Positions 52,663-64,000 of a stretch of 64,000 nucleotides of DNA are shown piece after piece. Position 1 is the stretch's first letter. Every line of letters starts with the position of its first letter. Position numbers and translations under genes: made by a program. The notes under the pieces were generated by a model that saw only the letters and a program-made list of their open reading frames with translations, searched no databases and had not been told where the DNA came from. The DNA is from Eledone cirrhosa (lineage: Eukaryota), in NCBI GenBank assembly GCA_964016885.1, contig OZ024745.1:117056001-117120000 (forward strand). The letters are read 5' to 3'.

Positions 52663-55600
52663 AATATGGTTTTATAAATATAGTTTCTATTTATTAATAT
52701 CATTTATATATATATATATATAATGTATATGATATTAGCAATAACAATATTCAAATTCGGCTGATAATATTTTTCATTATCAACTCCTATTTCATGGTAA
52801 TCTTGAGATATTCTCGTTGTTAATCTAGCTGTGATTATTTTTAATTAAACATATTTAAGAATTATAGTCAACTGACTTTAAGATTAATTTCTTCATTCCT
52901 TTTTATATAATATTCCTAAACAATAGTGTTTGTTGTTGACTTTCAAAGTCAAAATTCCAAATCTGTGACATGACATGTTGACTCATTCTTTTCCCTCAGC
53001 CTTGTCGCTTCAGCCACACAAACTTGTTCACTTCCACCTGTAATGCAGAGGAGAGGAAATTAAACAAATTCTGAAGCTTGTGCGACTGCTTCATTGTCCA
53101 TACTGCCGATTTCCTCTGCATAAATGGAAAGACAGCGGCTAGCCTGAGGAAGAAGTCTTGTAAGGCAAGGTGGCTGTTGCAGCAGGTGTCATTGACCAAT
53201 CTCTGTGGCAAAGTGTTCGCTATTTTGTCGGCGCTCAGCCACATCCCCACTCAGTCTGCCCCTCTCTTTCTTTCATTTCTTAATTCTATTTTTGCTTTTT
53301 TTTCCTCTTTCCTGGTTTTGGCTCATTTATTTTTTATTTTATTTTAAATATTAAATATCTATACAATAGTCATATAGAATAAGAACATAACTTATAATAG
53401 AGGGGGACTGAGATTGCGTACCCTTTATTATTTACACAAGATCCTCAGTAAAAAGTGAAGTGAATTGGTTAGATCTATGGGTGGTGGGTGGGTGCGCGCG
53501 TGCATGCACCTGTTCAAGATTTAAATTGTTCTATGACCATAACTATTCAAGATTTTCTTGGAGTGGGTAAAGAAAATCAATATCAATCATTGAAAAATTT
53601 TATTTTTATTTATATTATTGTTGATCCTTAGTAATTTTTTTAAAGTATATTTTAATCTGATTTTTTTTTTGTTTCAAAATTGGTCAATTTTTCAATTTCT
53701 GGCTTGTAATTTTAAGGAAATTAATATTAAATGAATGTAATCTTTGAATGTTATAAACCATCTTTTGAACAACCTCTATGATTATCGAGGAAAATAATCA
53801 TTTAATATCAGTTAATGACACAGCTATAGTTTTGCTGTAATGAATTATTTATGATGCATTTGACATTGCTACAAAACCATAAAAGTTATTGTTGATGGTA
53901 GTTATATTTTTAGATTGTTTGCCATAAATCATTTTAGATAAACTCTTTTTCTTTTTTAAGTCTATTTTCTGAAAGAAACCTTACAAAATAAGAATTTATT
54001 GATTCAATTGAATTACATAATTCCAAAAAATTATTGGTATAAGTAGCTTCTCTTTATGCTTCATTTAACCGGTACTGTAATTTTATTATTTTGATCAAGT
54101 CAGATATTTCAATTGAACGCTTCTATCTGATGTTGCACAATTCAATGAAATGATTTTATATCCAAATACATTTATATTGCTGGTTTTATTAGTAGTTTTT
54201 ACTACTTTCCTTATGCAAATAATATATAACCCATTAAGCTTCAAAAGCTCTGTATTAACTCCATAAACCATGGATTCAGCCAGTTGTATGATAATTTCAA
54301 TACAAATTGATGTACAAACGTATGAATAACATTTATCCTTCAAACCATAAAATATTTAGCAGTTAAACTCGATGACATGTTTGGTGATAGACATAAACAC
54401 TAATATGAGACTGAAAACAAAACACACTGATGAGCATTTTGGAGTTTGTTTAGGTCATTTTAAATTGTTGAGCTTTGAATATGTCTTTGTTCAATTATGT
54501 TCTATTGTCTCTAGACAAAACTCTTTGCTCTACAATCTTAATTTCCCGTTTCTATGGAAAATAGCCACAATGTGGATGCAAATGTGCTCTGCAAAACTTT
54601 TTTCTCACACTAAAGATTTCACCCACCCTGATCTGGTGATCTTTTAGTTATTGAAAACAAAAATATAACATCAATACGATTATTATAGACTTTAATCAAT
54701 TTGCTTTTTCTTCTTTCCTTGTGTCTGAGTATCAAATACCATGGCAATTACTATGGAGTATATAAGCATCTTCATGAGAATATAAAATTATTAGAATCCC
54801 ACCAAGGGAATTTAACTCTGAACTGCAATCCAGTACAATACTCATCAGTTTTACAATGTTACTGCTGCTTAGCCATGAAGTATAATGTCTTGTAATATCT
54901 ATTTATAGATATATTGATCAGAGTGCTAAGAGAAGTATTTTGGACATGGTCCAGTCTAATTGACCATGAAAACTGCTGATCCTTTGCCTTCGCTCTTCAG
55001 TACAGTATTGATTTGACCTTTGTCACTCTTGTATTTCCTTCCTTATGTGGCAAATTTATATTTAGATATATTTAAGCAATATTTGATTCTATTACTTGAG
55101 GTGAACAGCTTTAGTTATATTCCAGCTGTTGCCATTAATATTGTTATTTTTTTCATTTTTATATTATCAATGTAGTTTTATGGCATGCAGATGAATGGAC
55201 TATTAAGGTGTGGAAACCTTAATGTTTTTAGATCAATACTGGATAGTGCAGGGAGAGATGTATATAGTGTTGCTGTGATGCAGTGTTATTTTGTAGAATG
55301 TAGTCTGTTTCAGTATTTTCATGCTTCAAATTGATTTTTGTTTATGCCTCAACATTTCTGATAATTTCAATACTATGTGAAATGCTCATTCCAGTGGAAT
55401 TTATTCTTAGTTTGATGTTATTCAGCTCCAGGTCAGCCTTGATTGAGCAAATCTATGATGAAAGGCATTTCAGCTTTGCCCCTTTTGACCTTGCTCCTTA
55501 GGTCAACCCTAATTGAGCAAATCTATAATGGAACGCATTTCAGCTTTGGCACTTTTGATCTTGCCCTTTTCTGGGATAGTATTTTTAATAATCAATCAAC

Positions 55601-55683
55601 AATATCCCAGACTTTATTTGCTTACTGAGTGGGCATCATTGGTACTATATGGAGATATATTGCCAGGCAGTTGTTAATGTGGT

Positions 55684-55985
55684 ATCACCATCATCATCAT
55701 CATCATCATCACTGTTTTACATCAATGTCTCCACACTAGCATGGGTTAGACGGGTTGTCCTGTTGTGGGCAATGCCAGGTCATGTGACCATGTCTTATAC
55801 AGAACTGATTTGGGCTTGGTTTCTACAGCTGGATGCCCTTCCTAATATCAACCTCATTTACAGTGAGTACTGGGTGCTTTTTTTTTTTTTTTTTTTTTTT
55901 ACCGTGGCACCTACACGACCGCTTTATAGTGTGGACTGAGTGGTTTTTTTGTCACGACACCTACACAACCACTTTACAGTGGGAG
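55684..55985 (-). mobile_element. RTE-tail SINE / 3' UTR fragment
   Basis: (CAT)n followed by 'ttctacagctggatgcccttcctaa' and 'gtcacgacacctacac', matching the modules at 1-685. Confidence 0.7.
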
Positions 55986-58427
55986 GGGTGTGGGGGCATA
56001 TTGTCTCCAGATAGTTGTTAATCTGGTATAATAAAATCAGATTTATAAAGCAATGATATATTTAATAATGCAGTTGTTGATTGTCTAAAAATATGATTGT
56101 TTTTGTATGCATGTGAGATATACTATTGAAGTTGTGCTTTATATAAGATCCTACAATCCTCAAATAAAATGTTCTTTAATACTAGACTGCAGAGTTAAGC
56201 TGGACATTGATTTTATTACCATTAGTGAAGTGAATAAATACAGAAATTTTCGTAGTTCTGTAAAAAAAACAAAAGTCCTCTTTTTCCTCAGCTCTAATTT
56301 GAGTATTTGCATCTTGTAATGTTTTCCCTAATTCATAATACATTTCTAAGAAAGACCTTCACCGTTTACAAGTTAAACGGCTTGCTTTGGGGGCTATTTA
56401 TCTTTAATTTACTTTTTATTATTGTTTAATCTATGCAGCCAGTTTCTGTGTTACTACAGCTAGACATTTCCTTTTTTTTTTTTTCATATTTTGATATTTT
56501 CATATTGAAATTCAGTTTTACAATTGGATACACCTACCACCACTAAAGAAATAGCAATTGAGCTTGTTAGACAGGCAGCTGTGTGTGTGCTTCCCATTCA
56601 CAGTACAATGGTTGTAGTAATAAAATTTGAACTCAATAGGATTCTGTCTTAGCTTCATAAATGGAAAATACAATAGCTTATGTGTTTTAATTTTGACATG
56701 TTCAGGAGTTCCCAATATACTAACTAACCACTGCACATTCAATTCAGGATTACCTTTAGATTTCTCTATTGTTTTATATCTGTGTTATATGTTATCTCTA
56801 TTTAGGGCCTGGGGTAAGATTATGAACAGTTTGACATTACACATTTCTATTATGGTGGTGTAAAAATACACACATGTACACCAGGTCCGAACACAGAAGC
56901 CGAACTTCTACTGTCATCACCTCCATCTCTCTCGCCCTCCCCATCTCTCACTAATATGAGTAAATGGGGTCCCAAGAGATGAAATTAAGATATTCTATTT
57001 ATCTTCTTTTACCTTAAGTAATGTCCAAATTAGAGAAGAAACCCCAAGTGAATCAACTGGTTTCCTTTCAGTTTATTTTCCTTTGTTGTAAATCTCCCCT
57101 GGTTGGTGTTTTATGGAAATTTCTTGATTGATTTTACAGCTATATTGATATATATTTAATCATTTTTTTTTGTCTTTCTCTCTCAATGTATTTCCATAAC
57201 TATCAATCTTTGTCAAATACACATTTGAAATCTGTCTCTTAATATGGTTTAGTAAAACAATTTATATGTACAGTTTTATTCTTACTTCCATTCTAATTAT
57301 ATGGTGGTTGTATTAGTAAGTAACATGATGAATTCGCACACGCACGCACACATGCACTCACACATGCACTCACACATGCACTCACACATGCACACATGCC
57401 TCTCACTCATGCACACACACACACATTACACGATCATACAGTTTCCATCACCCCAATTCCCTCCCATGACATTGGTTGACCCAAGGCTATAATAGGTTAA
57501 TTATGCAGCCATACCTGCACCTGTCTATTTTGGAAAATATTAACACATAATTTTGTAACCCATTCTGGATTGCTAACCTATATAAGCAAGTAGAATTTAA
57601 GTACTATTTCTACACACACCAAATCACCTATAGTGGATGTGAGATGATAATTCAACACATTATCCACTCAGCCATTTCACTTCTAATAATGACTTTCAGA
57701 ACTAAGCATCCCCTTCTCAAACCTGCATATTAAGGAATATCAAATAATGAGTTCCTTCATACCTCTTCACTTCTCTATGTCCTTCACTCCTGACCTCTTC
57801 ACTTCTCTATGTTCTTCACTCCCGACCTCTTTTCTCTTTATAATTGAATAATTGTTATGACTAGAATATTTAGTAGAAAATATCCAATATATTATCTTTG
57901 CTGACTTTCTGAAGGTTTTTTTTTGCCCTCAGAATGGGAATATTTTCTCTAAACTATTTGCTAGCAACAAGTGATGGTGGAAATATAAAATTGTTGATAT
58001 AAAATGGCTGCAAATTCAGAAATGTTGGTGGAAATATAAAATTGTTGATATAAAATGGCTTCAAATTCAGAAATGTTGGCCAAAATATGATAAACTGTTT
58101 CAAAACAGATGGGAATGCATTCTATTATTAGGATCAAGTATATATACAATTGTCAACTTTGATTTTCGTCCATTCAAGGGTGATAAAAAAAAAATACTGG
58201 GGTTGATTCTTCACCTATGTCACTTTCTCACTTCCATTCTCTCACTCTCTATCCTTTTCTGAAAGAAATCTGCTGTATTCAAGCCTGGAAAGGAGATGGG
58301 CTCCTCCAGGTTTTAAAATGCCCTATAAACATTGTATCTCAATGACTCCCTCGGGAGATACAGGAACATGCATATATACAATACATTTGTGTAGAGGGTG
58401 GTTGTGTGTTTAGGGAAGTGAGCCTGC

Positions 58428-61400
58428 ATGAGGCTGTGTCTGTATAGATTATGTGTGTGACAATCCACCTTATATGAGGCTGTGTCTGTATAGATCATGT
58501 GTGTGACAATCTGCCTTATATGAGGCTGTGTCTGTATAGATCATGTGTGTGACAATCTGCCTTATATGAGGCTGTCTGTATAGATCATGTGTGACAATCT
58601 GCCTTATATGAGGCTGTGTCTGTATAGATCATGTGTGTGACAATCTGCCTTATATGAAGCTGTGTCTGTATAGATCATGTGTGTGACAATCTGCCTTATA
58701 TGAAGCTGTGTCTGTATAGATCATGTGTGTGACAATCTGCCTTATATGAAGCTGTGTCTTTATAGATCATGTGTGTGACAATCTGCCTTATATGAGGCTG
58801 TGTCTGTATAGATCATGTGTGTGACAATCTGCCTTATATGAGGCTGTCTGTATAGATCATGTGTGACAATCTGCCTTATATGAGGCTGTGTCTGTATAGA
58901 TCATGTGTGTGACAATCTGCCTTATATGAAGCTGTGTCTGTATAGATCATGTGTGTGACAATCTGCCTTATATGAGGCTGTGTCTGTATAGATCATGTGT
59001 GTGACAATCTGCCTTATATGAGGCTGTCTGTATAGATCATGTGTGTGACAATCTGCCTTATATGAGGCTGTGTCTGTATAGATCATGTGTGTGACAATCC
59101 ACCTTATATGAGGCTGTGTCTGTATAGATCATGTGTGTGACAATCCACCTTATATGAGGCTGTGTCTGTATAGATCATGTGTGTGACAATCCACCTTATA
59201 TGAGGCTGTCTGTATAGATCATGTGTGTGACAATCTGCCTTATATGAGGCTGTCTGTATAGATCATGTGTGACAATCTGCCTTATATGAGGCTGTGTCTG
59301 TATAGATCATGTGTGTGACAATCTGCCTTATATGAGGCTGTCTGTATAGATCATGTGTGTGACAATCTGCCTTATATGAGGCTGTGTCTGTATAGATCAT
59401 GTGTGTGACAATCTGCCTTATATGAGGCTGTCTGTATAGATCATGTGTGACAATCTGCCTTATATGAGGCTGTGTCTGTATAGATCATGTGTGTGACAAT
59501 CTGCCTTATATGAGGCTGTGTCTGTATAGATCATGTGTGACAATCTGCCTTATATGAGGCTGTGTCTGTATAGATCATGTGTGTGACAATCTGCCTTATA
59601 TGAAGCTGTCTGTATAGATCAGTGTGACAATCTGCCTTATATGAAGCTGTGTCTGTATAGATCATGTGTGACAATCTGCCTTATATGAGGCTGTCTGTAT
59701 AGATCATGTGTGTGACAATCTGCCTTATATGAAGCTGTGTCTGTATAGATCATGTGTGTGACAATCTGCCTTATATGAGGCTGTCTGTATAGATCATGTG
59801 TGTGACGATCCGCCTTATATGAGGCTGTGTCTGTATAGATCATGTGTGTGACAATCTGCCTTATATGAGGCTGTGTCTGTATAGATCATGTATGTGACAA
59901 TCTGCCTTATATGAGGCTGTCTGTATAGATCATGTGTGTGACAATCTGCCTTATATGAGGCTGTCTGTATAGATCATGTGTGTGACAATCTGCCTTATAT
60001 GAAGCTGTGTCTGTATAGATCATGTGTGTGACAATCTGCCTTATATGAAGCTGTGTCTGTATAGATCATGTGTGTGACAATCTGCCTTATATGAGGCTGT
60101 GTCTGTATAGATCATGTGTGACAATCTGCCTTATATGAGGCTGTGTCTGTATAGATCATGTGTGTGACAATCCGCCTTATATGAGGCTGTGTCTGTATAG
60201 ATCATGTGTGTGACAATCTGCCTTATATGAGGCTGTCTGTATAGATCATGTGTGTGACAATCTGCCTTATATGAAGCTGTCTGTATAGATCATGTGTGTG
60301 ACAATCTGCCTTATATGAGGCTGTCTGTATAGATCATGTGTGTGACAATCTGCCTTATATGAGGCTGTGTCTGTATAGATCATGTGTGTGACAATCTGCC
60401 TTATATGAGGCTGTCTGTATAGATCATGTGTGTGACAATCTGCCTTAGAGGCTGTGTCTGTATAGATCATGTGTGTGACAATCTGCCTTATATGAAGCTG
60501 TGTCTGTATAGATCATGTGTGTGACAATCTGCCTTATATGAAGCTGTGTCTGTATAGATCATGTGTGTGACAATCTGCCTTATATGAAGCTGTGTCTGTA
60601 TAGATCATGTGTGTGACAATCTGCCTTATATGAAGCTGTCTGTATAGATCAGTGTGACAATCTGCCTTATATGAAGCTGTCTGTATAGATCATGTGTGTG
60701 ACAATCTGCCTTATATGAAGCTGTGTCTGTATAGATCATGTGTGTGACAATATGCCTTATATGAGGCTGTGTCTGTATAGATCATGTGTGTGACAATCCG
60801 CCTTATATGAAGCTGTGTCTGTATAGATCATGTGTGTGACAATCCGCCTTATATGAAGCTGTGTCTGTATAGATCATGTGTGTGACAATCTGCCTTATAT
60901 GAAGCTGTGTCTGTATAGATCATGTGTTTGACAATCTGCCTTATATGAAGCTGTGTCTGTATAGATCATGTGTGTGACAATCTGCCTTATATGAAGCTGT
61001 GTCTGTATAGATCATGTGTGTGACAATCCGCCTTATATGAAGCTGTGTCTGTATAGATCATGTGTGTGATAATCTGCCTTATATGAAGCTGTGTCTGTAT
61101 AGATCATGTGTGTCACAATCTGCCTTATATGAAGCTGTCTGTATAGATAATGTGTGTGACAATCTGCCTTATATGAGGCTGTGTCTGTATAGATCATGTG
61201 TGTGACAATCTGCCTTATATGAAGCTGTCTGTATAGATCATGTGTGTGACAATCTGCCTTATATGAAGCTGTCTGTATAGATCACGTGTGTGACAATCTG
61301 CCTTATATGAAGCTGTGTCTGTATAGATCATGTGTGTGACAATCTGCCTTATATGAAGCTGTGTCTGTATAGATCATGTGTGTGACAATCTGCCTTATAT

Positions 61401-63217
61401 GAGGCTGTGTCTGTATAGATCATGTGTGTGACAATCTGCCTTATATGAAGCTGTGTCTGTATAGATCATGTGTGTGACAATCTGCCTTATATGAAGCTGT
61501 GTCTGTATAGATCATGTGTGTGACAATCTGCCTTATATGAAGCTGTGTCTGTATAGATCATGTGTGTGACAATCTGCCTTATATGAGGCTGTGTCTGTAT
61601 AGATCATGTGTGACAATCTGCCTTATATGAGGCTGTGTCTGTATAGATCATGTGTGACAATCTGCCTTATATGAGGCTGTGTCTGTATAGATCATGTGTG
61701 TGACAATCTGCCTTATATGAAGCTGTCTGTATAGATCATGTGTGTGACAATCTGCCTTATATGAAGCTGTGTCTGTATAGATCATGTGTGTGACAATCTG
61801 CCTTATATGAGGCTGTGTCTGTATAGATCATGTGTGTGACAATCTGCCTTATATGAGGCTGTGTCTGTATAGATCATGTGTGACAATCTGCCTTATATGA
61901 GGCTGTGTCTGTATAGATCATGTGTGTGACAATCTGCCTTATATGAAGCTGTCTGTATAGATCATGTGTGTGACAATCTGCCTTATATGAAGCTGTGTCT
62001 GTATAGATCATGTGTGTGACAATCTGCCTTATATGAAGCTGTGTCTGTATAGATCATGTGTGTGACAATCTGCCTTATATGAGGCTGTGTCTGTATAGAT
62101 CATGTGTGACAATCTGCCTTATATGAGGCTGTGTCTGTATAGATCATGTGTGACAATCTGCCTTATATGAGGCTGTGTCTGTATAGATCATGTGTGTGAC
62201 AATCTGCCTTATATGAAGCTGTCTGTATAGATCATGTGTGTGACAATCTGCCTTATATGAAGCTGTGTCTGTATAGATCATGTGTGTGACAATCTGCCTT
62301 ATATGAGGCTGTGTCTGTATAGATCATGTGTGTGACAATCTGCCTTATATGAGGCTGTGTCTGTATAGATCATGTGTGACAATCTGCCTTATATGAGGCT
62401 GTGTCTGTATAGATCATGTGTGTGACAATCTGCCTTATATGAAGCTGTCTGTATAGATCATGTGTGTGACAATCTGCCTTATATGAAGCTGTGTCTGTAT
62501 AGATCATGTGTGTGACAATCTGCCTTATATGAAGCTGTGTCTGTATAGATCATGTGTGTGACAATCTGCCTTATATGAAGCTGTGTCTGTATAGATCATG
62601 TGTGTGACAATCTGCCTTATATGAAGCTGTGTCTGTATAGATCATGTGTGTGACAATCTGCCTTATATGAAGCTGTGTCTGTATAGATCATGTGTGTGAC
62701 AATCTGCCTTATATGAAGCTGTGTCTGCATAGATCATGTGTGTGACAATCTGCCTTATATGAGGCTGTGTCTGTATAGATCATGTGTGTGACAATCTGCC
62801 TTATATGAGGCTGTGTCTGTATAGATCATGTGTGTGACAATCTGCCTTATATGAAGCTGTCTGTATAGATCATGTGTGTGACAATCTGCCTTATATGAAG
62901 CTGTGTCTGTATAGATCATGTGTGTGACAATCTGCCTTATATGAAGCTGTGTCTGTATAGATCATGTGTGTGACAATCTGCCTTATATGAAGCTGTCTGT
63001 ATAGATCATGTGTGTGACAATCTGCCTTATATGAAGCCATGTCTGTATAGATCATGTGTGTGACAATCTGCCTTATATGAGGCTGTGTCTGTATAGATCA
63101 TGTGTGTGACAATCTGCCTTATATGAAGCTGTGTCTGTATAGATCATGTGTGTGACAATCTGCCTTATATGAAGCTGTGTCTGTATAGATCATGTGTGTG
63201 ACAATCTGCCTTATATG
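58428..63217. repeat. 4.8 kb tandem array of a 46-bp unit (42-46 bp variants), ~105 copies
   Basis: Unit gctgtgtctgtatagatcatgtgtgtgacaatctgccttatatga(g/a). Variants lose a TG dinucleotide at one or both TG runs. Confidence 0.98.
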
Positions 63218-64000
63218 CACCTCCAACTGAAAGCAGAATGGTAAGTTATAAACTCTTGTTCTTGAAGTAAAATAGTCTGTTCTGTTAGTAGGTGCTAACT
63301 ATACAAAACACACACATCTGACACTCAATTATTTCTCACAAAACATAGATGATGCATTAATGCACGTTCACATATACTTGCATGTATGCACATACATGCA
63401 TATGTAAATTCATATCCAAGAAAGCACCACCTGCCTAATAAACAGCTTATTCCTTAGCCACTATTTTTACTGCATCAGATTTTCTTTCTTTGTACTTGAC
63501 AATTCCGTGCTAAATAATCCTCAATTTATTTGATGTAGTTGCTTTTATTCCTCATAAAATCCCTACTGTCTCACCAACTTTACTAAATAAACACTTTATG
63601 TAAGGCTTCCTCATAACTGTATCCATCATAGCCCCACTTTTAAATAGAATTGATGCATTTATGTCCACCCTCCAGTATTTTAAGAATCTGAAAGAATAAT
63701 AAAATATTTTTGTCTCTCCTATATGAAAAAATATGCAGGATCAGGTTACATGTTATTAAATAAACTGATGTTTTCTAGATACTGTTGGCTCACTTTCAGT
63801 CATTGCTTTATTCATTCTTTCATGCATAATTGAATGTTTATTCTCTTTCAGGCTAATAATTAGATTTGATTTAGTGTGTTAATTAGATTTGATTTAGTTA
63901 CTATGATAAATAATTCAGTAATGTCTCAAATTTAATTTACACCTATACATCTGAACCAAAGTAATGATTTCTGGATTTACTCCAACATGAAATGTATCAT

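Noticed and set aside
55185-55335. 'NGLLRCGN' resembling the start of endophilin-B exon 4 (NALIKCG)
   Set aside because: Wrong phase relative to the nearest AG and no further BAR similarity. Exon 4 was not found in the window and is presumably downstream.
58428-63217. Possible CRISPR array or tandem hammerhead (retrozyme) array
   Set aside because: No unique spacers, eukaryotic context, and no CTGANGA/GAAA core on either strand of the 46-bp unit.

Overview
AT-rich, repeat-dense eukaryotic (metazoan) genomic DNA. The repeat repertoire (tRNA/CORE-type SINEs with RTE tails, RTE LINEs ending in (GAT)n, long (TA)n/(CA)n arrays) suggests an octopus or other coleoid cephalopod; this is an inference. 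Two genes sit head-to-head around a short promoter at ~12.5-12.8 kb. On +, the first three coding exons of endophilin-B (SH3GLB1-like N-BAR protein) lie at 12789-12866, 24322-24463 and 38714-38842; exon 4 was not found before the window ends. On -, two phase-compatible exons encode a C9orf43/DUF4647-like protein (CQHPxCW motif), with an RFX X-box-like site at the shared promoter. The rest is intronic: a near-full-length RTE LINE with an internal PHD-like finger, many RTE 3' fragments, SINEs, and mariner, Penelope (GIY-YIG), RLE-type and Helitron-like remnants, plus mini/microsatellites (including a 4.8 kb 46-bp array) and a 200-N gap. The most notable observations are: inverted young LINE copies bracketing endophilin exon 2; a foldback palindrome with a LINE inserted at its apex with a TSD; a Penelope-type minimal hammerhead ribozyme relic; two GC-elevated islands with decayed RING-finger ORFs, one with a TATA/Inr promoter and long hairpins; a CpG-rich direct-repeat element in a TA array; and a candidate poison exon. 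All calls were made by eye; repeat boundaries are approximate and no database searches were run.
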